Assembly (NCBI GenBank): GCA_013265495.1
Contig: MU058687.1
Coordinates: 4,214,093-4,278,092, forward strand
From: Vicugna vicugna
Lineage: Eukaryota
Direction of reading: 5' to 3'
Length of the DNA: 64,000 bases
In this document: piece by piece, positions 49,331 through 63,270 of the stretch
Position numbering within the stretch: the stretch's first letter is position 1
Layout of the letters: each line of letters begins with the position of its first letter
The notes under the pieces: generated by a model
What the model saw: only the letters and a program-made list of their open reading frames with translations
What the model was told of the DNA's origin: nothing
Database searches by the model: none
Made by a program: the position numbers and the translations under genes

Positions 49331-52300
49331 TGAGATGTAGAAGCTGAGTACAAGGAAACTCCGAGTCGTCCCAGAGCTGCCTTTCCCTCTGGTGGTGGGT
49401 TTGCAGCTGCTTGGTGAGCACAGGCTGAAGCTGGAGGGGTGCACTGGCAGAGACGTCTTGGAGGTTTAGGAGTCAGATAGGGAACCGGACCAGGTGGCAT
49501 CCAGGGACCCTCCAACCTGGAGATTTGGTGATTCTAGAAAGTTCATGATAACCAGAAACCTTCCCAGATGTGCAGATAGTAATGACACCCATTTACATTG
49601 TATGTTAAAAAAAAACGTTTAAATTTGGTTCAAAATGTTCTGTTCTATGTAAAAAATACCATCACTTTAATTAATGCAGCCTGTAATTGAAACGACTGTC
49701 TCAAGCTGTTCCTCTCCAGCTCGTCAGGGGAAGGAGTGGAATTGGGGATGGGGGAGGAGGGAGAGAGGCGGAGGGTCTGGAGCCAACATGTCAGCTCTTC
49801 TCAGTTGCTATAAGAAAACTGAACAAAAATCCCATCCTGAGTGTGAAAGGGGGCAGAGACTTCAGGGAACACGAGACTTTAAATAGAATTCATCCCATGC
49901 TAATTATTTGAGAAGCGATGGGTGGGGAAGAAATGTTGGCAGCCAAGGTTTAGGGGAGAGCAGGCACCGTGACGCTGGGCACCATGACACCGCCCTCTTT
50001 TATGTGCCGCGTGTGGAGGTGGGAGGTAGAATGTAGAGTTCAGAAAGGTTTAAAAGGCTAAATGTAATCACTTCCCTTTAATTAACTCAAACAATGCCTA
50101 GCAGGTTATGTTAACATGCCTGTAGCTGAGACAAAGGTGGCAGACCACCGCTGAGAGCCTACAAAGAGAGGGACTCCTGGAATGCCAGAGCAGGAAGGGT
50201 CTAGAAACCTCACAGACTGATTTCACAGATCAGAAAACAAGTCTAGCACAATTACAGAACCCACCCAAGGTTACATGGTCTCTCAGCGACAAAGCCAGCA
50301 TAAAAGCTCAGGTCTTTACCTGATCAGTGTTCTGTCCTGGACAGTGTCTGGTGGAATCTGTAGTTACTGTGCGTTAACCCCAGATGGTCAAACTAACCAT
50401 AGTACATCTGTATACAGGTTAAGAGTTGGTGTATTCTTTTAACAAAAGTTTAGAAAAAGAAAGGTGAAAATTAGAAAGGAAACTACCTGTGTTTCAGTCA
50501 AATTTTTCTTTTAAAGTTGCCTTAGAATATTATGATTAATACCAGTGGCTGTTTCTGTGCAGCCATTTTAATTAAAATGTTATAATTTTTTTTTTGTAAA
50601 TAAAAGTGATGGAAACTTCTGGTTATAGCCCGTGGGAGACTGAGCAGGGAAGTCATCAGAATTGCAGGCAGAGCAGGTACTCTGTAATTTAGATCATGTG
50701 ACTGAAATGCCGCCGCCGCTGCGTGGAATCTGCTAAAATTGCACTTCAGATTTTTCAGGGGTGAATAAACCTTTTATAAAAAAGGAAGTTACACGTTAAA
50801 GTTACAATGTCACATAAAATATTACAGGAAAGAATGAGAAAGTAAAGAAAACTAGCATTCTTCTCTTGTTTTATTTATTTCACGGAGAAGAGTTTTATGA
50901 ACAATTTCCAGAAGAGTTATTAAGTGGTTATAGATTTTACTTTGCTTTACCATCTGGCCATTCTTCAAGGTTTTGTATTTATTCCCTTTTTGAGCTGAGA
51001 CGTAAAACAAGACAGATACCCTTTTAAAAAACCTTTTGTTTCCCTGATGAGTGGGAGAAATAGGAAGCAGAAAATCCTTTGGAGATTGTTGGAAATTGGG
51101 ACAGAGCAGTGAAGGGTACCCCCTGCTGCATTCATTATCAGTTGAGATGGGTGACAAAGTACGTCTTCCATTTGGTGGTGTGCTGGTGGATGTGTAACAT
51201 TCGCAGGGCAGGGGGCTGGTTTTTAGTGTCTTAGATTTCTGTGGTAAAAGTCCTCCCACCTTGATCAAATGCCAGCTACCAATGTGATGTCACTGAATTT
51301 GGAACTGGGCAGAGAGCCACACATTTGACGAGTCAGCACAAACCGTCTTTGTACACTAGTGCTTCAGTCCATCAGCACAAAGGCTGTGTTACGGAATGAG
51401 GCTTAGATCTCATAGCTGAGCAGTCTTGTTAAGACTGCACTTCAGAGTTAGGGAATCCTGCACCGTGGTTCTTCCTCTGGGGCCCCGCCAGAAGTGTCAC
51501 TTGTATGGAACATCTCTCCAAATGGAGGGAAACAATGAGAATGGGGAACAAATGTTACCCCTAGCAGAGTCAGAATTCAGATTCTTAGGAAGTATTCTTT
51601 ATAGGACCAGTGTCAACAGGAAGGTTGGAGGCAGACATTTATTTTAAATTTTTATCATTTTGGTACATAGGTATTCAGAGCAAAATCACCTTTGATGCTG
51701 GGAAGTGGCGAGAATTTGGTTATCAGAAAAAGGAGCTTTTGGGTAGCATTTAAAAATAGACGCAGTAATATACCATAATGCCTTTCTTTATTTTGTAGGA
51801 AGATGCAGAAGAATAGATTCCTATTTAGTACCTTGAAATTAAATGATCTTTCCAGCCGGGTGCAGCTGAAAGAAGCTGGGCGGGCTTCGGAACTGTACTT
51901 AAACAACTTCATTGCCTCAGAGCAGATGATGGTGCCTTTTAGTGAATGTGTGAAATGGTGTCTGGCAGAAGCAGAATACTCGATCATCTCAGTGCCTCGT
52001 AGTTGATGTTCAGGAGTCCCTGCACCCAGATTTATACCTCTTTGCTCACACATCCATCATTGTTAATATGCCAGTACTCTGAGAAGGTGCCTGGAGCTGG
52101 CTTCATGAGTCCTGTCTTCCTGGCACAGGAGAGTTTATCCTTGTTGCTGTTGTGTTGTTATTTCACATGTGATGGGTTTATAATTAACAATGATTACAAA
52201 CTAGCTTACTGTTTTAACAGCTTGGGCCTAAGAAGCCAGATTGATAGCTTACTTTTTGGATGTAAACATTCTGGTGATAAGTCAAGTGTCCTAAGGCCCT

Positions 52301-52439
52301 CTCGTTGCTGTTGTCATGCTAGGAGAGAAATTCTCAGTCCTTTTAAGAACCCATCTTCTCATTCTGTTGCCTGTGACGTTGTGTAGACAAGGGTCTCATG
52401 TTCATATGTGTCTGCATTTGCTTCCCTTTGTCACTGTGT

Positions 52440-52690
52440 CTGACCAGCTGTGGGGATTAAGACCCCAGACTCTGAAGTCAGATGGAGGTGGATTTGAGTC
52501 CTGACTCTGCCGTTTAACAGACACGTTAGCTAATGCATCCTAACCCAAGCTTTCTCAGATATAAAATGGGAATAACAGATCTGCCTGATAGACTCTAAAG
52601 AAATCCTAATGCAGGTAACACATTTTGTACAGGGCCAAGTGCCTAGTAATTATCCACAAACACTGACACTTAGAGCATTCATTATTGTCT
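52440..52690 (+). mobile_element. MIR SINE
   Basis: ggattaagaccccagactctgaagtcagatgg..ggatttgagtcctgactctgcc..tttctcagatataaaatgggaataa. Confidence 0.75.
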
Positions 52691-53649
52691 TAAATTGTAA
52701 TATTGTAAAATACGTGTAACTTCACATTCAGGGCATAACTACTGTTATTCCACCTGTGAGGACTCACTCGCTCTCTAACTTGGCAACACTATGTTTCCCA
52801 GGGAAAGTCCTGCTAAGGAGACAAGCTGTTTGCAGTCCAGCCCATAGCCGCCCAGGGTCACAGCCATTTGTCTCTTCTGTCGCTCCCCTGACTTCTGCCT
52901 TCCCTCTTACCTCCCTGGTACCCAGGGTCCTCCTTTGTTCCCCATTCTTCCCCACGTGAAATCTGATCTGGGAAAGTGAGATAGTGAGTTATTTTGCAAT
53001 AAAGAATGCATTATTAATATTCAAGGCATTGCAGCCGAGATGTAGTCTAAGAGTGTAATTTCAGCATTGAGTCCTGAATGAGAGAGGTATTTATTTGTTT
53101 GGCAGTAGATTCCTACTTCTGATGCCTCTGAAATTACGGCCGTATTTGTTAACTATCTCCTCTGCAGTCCATATGGCAGCCTTTAATTATACCTGTTGGA
53201 ATCATCCACTTAGCCAAGGTCAGGCGTCCTCTGATTGCATGTTCTGTGGCTGTTTCCTAGTTGTCATGTGTCCTTGGCAGCTGTCGTCAGCCTAATCTGG
53301 GCTTTCCAATTTTTAGTGGCACTCACCCTGTCCCAAGTTGCCATAACACATGCTCCATCCTTGTCAAACAGGCTTTGCTTCAACCGAGTTAGTCATCATT
53401 TTGTGGCCCGTATCTAGAATGATGGCCACATTCTACCGTAGGTAGTCCCGGCTCCTTCGGCTCCCTCTCCTTAGCTTTACTTTCTCTTCATTTCACAAGA
53501 TTCTGTGCAGCGTGTCAGTTAATCAGCAGAAACATCTGTTCTCCTCCCAGAATGGGCCACGTTTCAATGGGAGGTGAATCCAGTCCTTTTCAATCTAACA
53601 GTTATGTTTGGAATGCCAGCAGTGAATAAATCAGTTCAGCATTTTTTTT

Positions 53650-53870
53650 TTGATCAACTACCACGTTGTCATCATAGAATCCTTTGCTTGTTTATTTGAT
53701 TATGTACGTTTGCTCATTTAATCCTTTGAACAATCCTAGTCTTTTCAGATGAGGTTGTTGAGATGTGTGAAAGTTAGATATTCTGTTGGAGATCTACAGC
53801 TAGTCAATGGCAGAGCCAAGAATTAAACTAAAAGTTTTCCTGGCTTGAAATTTCTTACTTTTTTCCAGAA
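53650..53870 (-). mobile_element. MIR SINE
   Basis: ctcatttaatcct..aacaatcct..ttttcagatgagg..gagatctacagctagtcaatggcagagccaagaatt. Confidence 0.7.
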
Positions 53871-56800
53871 CTAAGTTTTTACTAAGCACTAGGTTAGATA
53901 GAATGAAAAATACAAAAGACATAACTACAGCTTGCTGTCTTCATGTGGTTTATAGTGTCTTAGGTTAGAATGATCTTTGTCTTTTCCTACCAGATGCTTT
54001 AAAGTTCTGTGGACACAAGTTGTTTATGTCATTATTATTTTGGTAAAGATAAGTAAAACAAGCAAGACAGAAAACATGCCTGCTGGAAGTTATCTTTCAA
54101 AAAAATTTTTTAATCTCTTCTGATAAAATTATGAGTTATAGGAAAGTATTAGAAATTTTTAGCATGACTTTTTGAGTAAAGACTCTAAAAAAAAATCATA
54201 ATCCCAAAACCTGTTGAGCGTGTCATACCTGCACTTTCCTGAAGATGTCTGTGAACCAGCATTTACTGCTAGAAATTGAGATCATGACAAGGAGCAGTTT
54301 TAGTACAGGAAAACAAAGCCCGTTTTCTACCAGATTCCAAGATCCCAGAGACAATGAATGTTGCTGTCAAAAAAATCATTTGAGTTCAGTGTATCAGGAA
54401 CTGTTTTTCAAATGTAGCGACAAAAGAGGTTTTAGTCTGGGATATTGCTCCACCAGGGAGTCATTCACTATTATATATCTTCCTAGAATACACAGATATT
54501 TCTTATAGCCCATCCAAGGAGAGCTTGTTACTGAAATGCCACAAGACTTTATACTCACATTATTTTATCTGTAACGTTTCTATGGACTAGGTCCAAAGAT
54601 TGTCCTGTAAAAAGGGAAGAGTCCAGAGAGAGTATTTCCATCCATGATTCAGTACTAAATAGCTATATGACCCTGGTCAGGCCTCGTCACCACCTCCTTG
54701 AGTCTTACTTCCTTTTTGGGACAACGAGAGGGTCAAGTATTTGAACCCAAAGTCTCTTCTTGGTTCTGCCCATGTTACTATGCACAGCCCTCATCCACAG
54801 CTTAGGAGCACTCTGTAAAACTCTCCAGCCACATAGCACCTACACACTTTGCTTAGGTGATTTTTTTTGTTTGTTTGTTTAGATATTTCACAGTTGCAGA
54901 ATACTTTTTCCCATGTGGGAAGTTGGACTTAAGTACCATTTTGGCTTAGCATGTTTTTCCTTGTGCTGGTAACAAGACTGAGGGTATGAAAAGACAGATT
55001 TTTAATGTCATCAATCTCAAGAATTTAGAGAGTATATCCAAAGTACAACTCTTCCAAAATTAATAAACATTTTTGGAGTGACTATAAGGAACTATCCATC
55101 AATTGATCTAAATCCTTATTGAATCTCTAGTGAATTTATGATGCATATTCTGAGTACTTGGGAATTTGAAATATCAATTATTTAATACACCCTTTATCAG
55201 TCAACAGCCAGGTGAGATGACTGAGGCCTGTTTACTCCCTAGTGTATCTCTTTAAGCATCTTGAAAGCTGTCTTCTCTGAAGTGTTCCCAGATGATGAAG
55301 TTCAGTATGGTAACAAGATTGCAGATGTGTCTGTGAACTTTTCAGGCCTCCCACCAATTATTCTGCCCTGTGGAGTATCTTATGGATAAATGATATGATC
55401 TCTAAAGGTGATACTCAGCTCTCCTTGTGCTGTGCATGTTTCTTTTTCAGACTCGTGGCTACATATGTTATGGAATGAAAAAAAAGTTTCCATTTATACA
55501 TGAAGTATAAAATTGTTTAGACAAGACTTGTGCCCCTATATAGGATTACGATAATATGAATTACTTTTCTTTTTTTTTTTAAAGGAACAGGTTAGGCATA
55601 TTTGCTGTCTTTGCCAAGGCTTTTCTCACTTTGTAGACTTCTGAATATGTAGATTCCACCTCTTTTTTAACATTTACATTATAAAATGAACGTAGCTAGG
55701 ATGAGCCAAAAAGAAAAAAAAAACCTGCGTACAGCAATGCTGAAGGAAGTTATTCTGGTAGTTTTAGGGCTAAAACTCACAATCCAATAGAAGCATGGAA
55801 GCTGTGGAGCCTTGAATGAAGTTCTTCAAAAACTGGAATTTTTAGAAAATTGACCCGTTCATGCTTTGTAATTTCCTTAAGGAAATCCAAGCTCTCTGAA
55901 ATTAGAAAGATGTAATTACGACTCGTTGAGTCTGTGTCTGTGTGTATAGTTTATATCCACCAATAAGCACCTACTCTGTGCAAAACATCAACAGCAGTAT
56001 GAGGAGAGAGGGAAGAGTAATTTAGATTATTGAGAGAGGGCAGTCAGATGGATATGAACGGGAAGCACTACTCCCAGCAGAGATAATACCTTAAGGTCCC
56101 CAAGGAGGAAGATTCAGTGTCTGCGGAAAGAGTGGCTGCGATGTGAGATGCCTTAGAGATGGGGGCGGGGGGGAGAAACAAGAGACTTGTCAACCTAAAG
56201 TAGGTAGAGATTCAGAAAGATGGAAGGGGGAAGGGGGAAGGTAAAATAGAAGTTGCTGAACACCCAGACACGGAGAATCAAACTTTTAGCTAATACACTT
56301 ATTCAGGATTCTGAATTAGTTTCTCCTGCTCAGCCGTTTTGGGTATGGTTTGGGCTTCTGTGGATGGGAGGTGGGATGCTATAAAAAGAAGGTAAGCTTG
56401 TGAAGGGAGATTTCCGAAAATAAACCAGAAAATTAGCTTGCTAGTGGACTTCCTCTGGTGACAGAGAGTGTATACCAGGGGTCAGCCTCCCTCTCCACGT
56501 AAGTAGGTAGGGAATGCACCTGCAGAAAGCTTGCGACAGGCCAGTAGTGCTGAGAGAGTCTGTGCGGAGATAGTGGGAGAGCAGATGTCACTGACAGGGT
56601 CACCTCCCATTGTGGCTGTCTGAGGGATTTAAACTTCAGGGCCAGTCTTCAACTTGCCATGTGAATGTGTTATGGCATTAGAATGTTTCCCTCAGTTGGG
56701 AGAGGAAATGGAGAGGCTTTTTTGTTTTGTTTGTTTGGTTTTTTTTTTTTTTTTGGTGATGGTGGAGGAGGCGGGGGCCACGTGGTGAGGAGTGTGTAGA

Positions 56801-58134
56801 TTACCACCCTGGGGAGTTGGATGTTGGAATCATACTCTCCTTTCACCAGAAAACTGAGTCTCTCCAATTTCAGAAAGAGAGGCAGAGATGAAGCTTGTCT
56901 CGGAAGTAGGGGTCTCAGTGTTTCTCTTTATTTGGACATTTGCAATCTTGAGACCAACAGGACTTCAGTAAAGCTAATTAACAAAGGATACCATCAACTT
57001 ATTTGGGGCTTATAAAGTCATCCACTGCTTAGGAATTCTACTTTCCCTCCTCCTGACATTGGGTCTTTGTATTCCAGATCCAGTTTTATACACATTTAAG
57101 TTCTTGATTGAGTCGGGTCTCTGGGGGACTTTTTTTTGTTACCTTCTGATTGAACCTTGATTCTCCTTCACATGACTCCTTAGCTAGAGCATTTGAAGTG
57201 TTTGTTCCCAGGGGATAGTTAAAGTCAAGCATTTTAGCTCATTTTCTCTCTATTAAGTAAGGGCTTCAGAGTTTAGAATTCCAGGTGTTCAGTGTTTCGT
57301 GCCTTTGGTGCTCTTTTAAAAATCTGTATAGTTTCTTGTATTTTTCACAGGCACAGGTGATCCACAGGGTCAAATCTGGCTTCTCTATGTATGGAATAAA
57401 GAGTAAGAAAACCAAAAAGCCAATGATAATGTTAAGCCACATCTTCCCTCCCATCTACATTGTGGCTGTCTAGATTTTCTCCTCAGACGAGGCATGGAGA
57501 GCCCATAGTTTATCTCCATTTACCTGATAGAAGCCCCATGTGGTTGAGCTCCCATCACCAAGTTGAGCTGATGACAGAAAGGAGAAAATGGGTCACCTCT
57601 CACCAGACCTCCCCCTACACTTTGTAGCACTATACTGTTTGCCACTTTACATTACTTGTTGATAGGATTATTAGTCCTCACCTTTCAACAAAATCATAAG
57701 CTTATTCAGGGACTGTGCTCCTGTCAAACATACGTTATGTCTCAAAGTACAAAGATAGCTTAAGACCCCGAATGTTGTTCAATAAATACCTGTTTCCTGT
57801 TGTATTTTCTTAAAAAGGAGTGTAGAATGCCATCTTTTGCTTTGGTCTCTAAAAAGCATGGATTACTTCAGACCTGTATCCTTCCCTCACTCTTGGCCCC
57901 CTCCCCATCATCAGTTTAGTCACCCATTTCACATCTTTCCTCTAAGGATCTTGAGTCTCTGAGGAGCAGGAGCTACTGAAGATCATATGCTAATATTAAG
58001 ATCTTAAAATTCAGACCCTTCTGGCAAGAAAGAATATGTGTGCTTAATTCCTTTCTTTTTGGCAGTCTGACCCAGTTGGATGCGAAGGAGTTGTATGCTG
58101 TTACTAGCTGTGAGATGAAAGTCTCAGGGCTGAA

Positions 58135-58410
58135 ATAATATTAGTAAAGCATTTGACATTTACTAAATGTTTTATGTATAGAGTGCTTTATGTGTAAATG
58201 TTTTATGTGCAAAGTATTGTGCTGTGTGTTTTTCATGCCTTGTCACACTTAATTCTTATTACAACTATTTATTAGCCATTTTGGATGTATTATTATCATC
58301 CCCATTATATATATGAGGAATGAGGCTAAAAGTAACTTGCCAGTGTCTCCCAGCTCTTAAATGGTGAATTCAGGATTCAAATTCATGCTTAACTTCTACC
58401 CTAAACGGCT
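58135..58410 (-). mobile_element. MIR SINE
   Basis: catttactaaatg..ttaattcttattacaac..attattatcatccccatt..atgaggaatgaggct..gtaacttgcc..caggattcaaa. Confidence 0.75.
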
Positions 58411-59611
58411 GCCATCATCTATAACCCTTAACCCTGGGAAAAATCAACCTCCCATAGGCTGACTGCCATGTATTTGATAGTTAAGGCAAATGCATATTTT
58501 TCTAATCACATTCTTTCAGTATCCTATCAGAATAAATTCTAGAATTTGGAGCTTCTGTCCACCAGCTACACATTAATCTCTTACGAATTGTCATTTGGGG
58601 TTATAAAAGTTATTGAGATTATAAAAATTGTCATTTGGGGTTCATAAAAAGTGGAACTGGGTCATAACATTACCACCACTAGCATTTTCTGAATTGACGA
58701 TGTGAAAGACATTGTTTTAGACGATCATTATATATCTTTGTCATGTATATTATCAGATATGTTCTTGTCAATAGTCCGCACTTATTTGCATAAAAGTCTC
58801 CACAAAGCTAAAGCAGGATTGAGAGTTAAATTAACTGTAATTATTGAAGGGAATACCAAACAAAAATAAAAGTTATATTGTATGAAATATAACTTTTATA
58901 AGTTATTTTACAAGCTATATTATATGGAATCACAGAAGTACAAGTTTCATTATTATGAATATTAATTTTCATAAACCAAATAGATTTATGCCAGGAATTT
59001 TAGTATCTTTATATGTTTTTTCTGTTTTGTGTGTGTGTGTGTGTGCGTGCAGCAGTAAACACCCTAAATATTTAAACATTAGAATTTTGGGCCTTAACTG
59101 AATGAAGCTTTAAATGAGTCTTTTTTTTTTTTTAATTATGCTGAATCTTCTTGAGAAATAAACAGACTTCGTGTTTTCTTAAAATTTTCTGTGAGTTGTT
59201 TTGATAGCATTAAATGAACATCAAAATAATATAGACTCAGATAACTGACACATGACTTATCAGCTTATTTCTCAGAACCTTGTCACTTGTACCTTTCTTA
59301 CTTCATGTGTGTGCTGTAAGTAGACGTGCATAATTCTGTGTTGCCATAGAGAAACAGTCTGAACTTTCATTGCCTAAAGGAATCCAGTATGCGTGTGTGT
59401 GTGGTCTTTGATAACTACTCTATAAATTTAGTTCTGTTTTAACCATGCTGTAACAACTTGTCATCAGTAAAATTAAGTATAAAGTTACCCCACAAATAAC
59501 CAGCATCTCACTCAGATTTTCTATTAATTCAACTAGCTTCCTATCTTCTTATTTCTTCTAGATACTGGACTTACTTTTCAATCTATAAAGCCAGTATCGA
59601 GTAGCTTTATA

Positions 59612-60100
59612 TATTCATTTAACAAATGTTTTTTGATAGGCACTGATCAAGGCATTGAAGATGCAGCTGTGAACAAGACAGATAAGTTCTTGTTTCTAGG
59701 CAGATTAGAGTTTGCATTCTAGCTGAAACAATAAAAAAGTTAAAGTCACTCAACAAGGTAGTTTAAGATAGTGATGAATGTTGTGAGAAAAAGAAATCAG
59801 AGCAATGCGGTAGTGGCATGGAGTATGCATACTGTTTTATATTGGCTACTTAGGGAGGACTCTCTAGTTGAACTTAGACCCAGCTAAGAAGCAGTCCGGC
59901 ATGAGAATATTTATCTCAAGGTTACTCAGAGTCAAGGGCGCACACAGTAATGTATGAACGAGTTTGCTACATTTGAAGAACAGATCGGCCAGAGAAGTTT
60001 CGAGAGTGGATATTTGCAAGGAAAGATTTAGAGTGATGATAGTTCTGTAAATGTCCACATAGCTTTAGGAGAGAAGTGAATTTAGCTTAAGGTAAGTAAA
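59612..60100 (-). mobile_element. L2 LINE 3' fragment
   Basis: attcatttaacaaatgtttt..aggcactg..gatgcagctgtgaacaagacag..gatagtgatgaatgttgtgagaaaa..ttagggaggactctct. Confidence 0.8.
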
Positions 60101-61099
60101 GTGTTCTGTGCCAGCAGTATGTCCCTGAGGGATTGTTTGTGATTTTAGAGCTGGATAAATGGTGAATCAGATCAACAGGCATGCAGTTAACTTTATCATG
60201 TGGTTTATTTTATTACATCTCTAATCTGTGTTTATATAATGTGCCTTTATAACTTACTGGTTATATAGAGTGGCCACCTGTCCATTACTTCATCCATTCA
60301 ACAACAATTTATCTATATCCTACTACATGGCAAATAGTCTTTGGTTCAGGGTATGCAAAGGTGAGTGAGTAACACCCTGCAGTTATGAAAACATATGCAA
60401 AAATAGGATTCTGAGGATATTTACTGGTAAATACATTTTCTTAATTTTAAAATGTGAAAAATAGTAAAAGGAACTTCTGAAGAGAGTGGAATTGATCTGT
60501 GAAGGTGATCACAGCTGATGTATAGAAGGTTAAAAAATACTTTTGTGGTCTATTTATAAAACTGGATTAAGGCTTTCTATGATCTCTGTTATGATGGAGG
60601 AGTTTATAAATTTAAATTAATGAATATCACTGTTAATGCATCTCTTTGGATAATAATGCACTTGTGATTTGCATACAGGGCCCCAGACCTGAGCTAAACT
60701 ACTGCTCAGGATGCAAGATAATGAAGCCCTTTACTTGGCTCTCTAGCTCTGTTAAAAGCCTGGGCATCCCCATGGGTCTCCAAGTCAGGCAGGATGACAG
60801 CGTCCTTCAGTCTGACAAGGAAATTAGTGGATTTCCTGAATTTATATGAAGTAGTCCTGGTTTAAAATAGGTTATGTACTTATTATCCACTCCCCCCCAA
60901 AAAAAAGTTCCAAAAAATTAACAAAGTCTGGATTAGTCTGAGATTCTGAGGTTAGAAGCCTATGCTTAAAATGTTATCTGCGGAGCCCTCAAGGAGCTAG
61001 CCAAGGTTCTGAAAAGATACTGGAGAGTCATTATGCCTAGTCTCTGTGCCTGATCTATTCTTTCCTGCCTTTGCCTACCCATTCTACCTTAGGTCTAAC

Positions 61100-61265
61100 A
61101 AGCCTTAGCCATGTGATCTTAGATAAACATTCAGCTTATGAATCTTTTTTCACCTGTAAACTGAACATGGTAAAACATCCTCACACTGAGGATGCTTAAA
61201 GTTTAGCACAAAAACTGGCATCTAGTAAGCATTCAATAAAGGTGAATTATCATCATCATCATCAT
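61100..61265 (+). mobile_element. MIR SINE 3' half
   Basis: tagccatgtgatcttaga..cacctgtaaa..tttagcaca..ctggcatctagtaagcattcaataaa..(atc)n. Confidence 0.75.
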
Positions 61266-63049
61266 AGATCATTAATGTACCCTTTCTGTGCTTTACCTGA
61301 CCTTAAACATATGGAAGGTTAAAATTATTCTGTTCCCTGTGAGAATTTGACATTTGTTGCAAGTAAGTTGGTAGCAGTATTACACATACACATGACACCC
61401 ATTTAATGTCTCAACTTGAAATATTGTGAGCTATGAGGAAAGACAGGGAAGGTAGTGGTTACCCATTCATGAGCAACAGTTCTTAACTCACAATCAACCA
61501 GTTGATTACAATTGATCTGTTGCCCATGCTGACAGTGTGACATTTAGAATATATTACGTTACCATTTCTCTTAATATGGTGGTTAAAATTCAGTAGGCAG
61601 ATAATGTAATATTGACATAATGAGTAAAATAATGATTGACTGTGAAAGTAAGTAGGTTCAGTGTGTTTGAAAGTCACAGAACTTTGAAAAGTGCAAGAGG
61701 TAAAGAATACTGATGAATAAAATGTGACAACTTGACGCTGGCTATGCATATGGAAATGAACCAAGGAATCTGTTAAATGAGTCACTCATAAAGAGTGTAA
61801 ATATATCTTTAAAAAGTACCTTTTAAGTTTAAGTATCTATCAAAGCTTCTATTGGAAAAAAAACTAGATATATACTTTATGACTTACTCAAGATTAATTA
61901 ACATCATCTCTAGTGAAATGGTTCTAATTTAAAATATATTACAATGGATACTTCTGAAATAGGTTCTTTTGGAATTAAACAAAAGGGACTACATTTTTTC
62001 AGGGACTGCAGTAGATATCACTTTATAACAAGATAGTTAAGACAGTCAATATGCTGAGGTTTTGTTTTATGGCCAAAACTAACATTTATTCAATCAATGA
62101 GAGATATCAATTATAACAGCATGACTCAGACCATGGGTAGACTTCAGAGCCCCTAGATTAGAACATTAGTGTTATATTATCAGATATGTTGCAGTTGTTG
62201 CTTCCATAACAGCCCTTGCTCTTTAATGCAGTGTCAGAATTGAGGGAGAGAAAAAGTCAAATGGCAACTAATTTATCACCAGATTTATAGCCAAATAACC
62301 AAACGATTGAAACTAATCAGGTCTGTTTTCCAAAATGAATAATGACATTCAGGACCTCTGGTTATACAGATGTTTAGATTGTGGATGTCCTAAGAATTCC
62401 ATGGTCTGTGCTGGCTTTAAAGAGATCCAGTTGTTCTTGTGTGCCCTGGGTAGCATAGCACCAAGAAGAAGGTGTTCTGGGGAAAGAAAAGGAAAAAAAA
62501 AAATACCATTTTTCATCATCACACTGAAAAAGTCATTGCACTGAAAAAGTGCCAACAAACCCTAAATAATTTTGTGTTGATTGTACTAAATTAGAATAGT
62601 GATAGCTATAATCATTTGATCCCTGAGGCATTAATGAAAATTCAGCATTATTTTGTGTAGAATATGTATCATTACCCTTGAGCTTGGGAAAGATTATTAG
62701 TAAGTCTGATTAAATCTGGAAGCAGTGACACAGGCTATCTTTAACCCACTAATAACAGGGCTATATTGTAATTTTATGACGAATGAACACAATTTAGCAT
62801 TTTTAGCACTTGGTGGGGGAAATAAGAAGTCTGCATTCATTTTCTTGATTAGACTGCAAAGTAGTACAGAGAAGCTCGTAAGGAACGCTACGTAATGAAA
62901 TAGTATTCTTGCTGATTGATTAACCTATCCTAGCTTCCAAACCCCACAGGATTGGTTATTGTTATATGATCAAAGATACTATTAAGCGACATTCTAGAGA
63001 TCATGAATTCTTAGATGCAGGGGTACAAAAAGATAAAAACACTATCAAT

Positions 63050-63270
63050 TTGCATGTATGTATTCCCCTTATCTTTTCAAGTGCTTTCGCATGAATTTTA
63101 TGGTTTAATAGCCTAGTAACTGTTGGAGTGAGTTAGACTTTTTACCACTTGCTTTATGAATAAGAAAAGCACAATCCAGTTCAGGTACTTCCTAAACTCC
63201 CATAGACTGTCAGAAAAAGCCAGCATGGGAACCCCAGTGTCTGGGATCCATGTTAATACATTTTTTGACC
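63050..63270 (-). mobile_element. MIR SINE fragment
   Basis: ttttcaagtgcttt..gtttaatagcc..ccacttgctttatgaataagaaaa..tacttcctaa..gggaaccccagtgtctgg. Confidence 0.5.

Noticed and set aside
51799..52006. Strong acceptor (tttctttattttgtag|) followed by a protein-looking ORF
   Set aside because: In NRXN3 phase it stops after ~12 codons, and there is no convincing donor.
57351..57356. Possible 6-nt microexon (ttttcacag|GCACAG|gtgatc)
   Set aside because: The donor is weak and no supporting UGC context is present.
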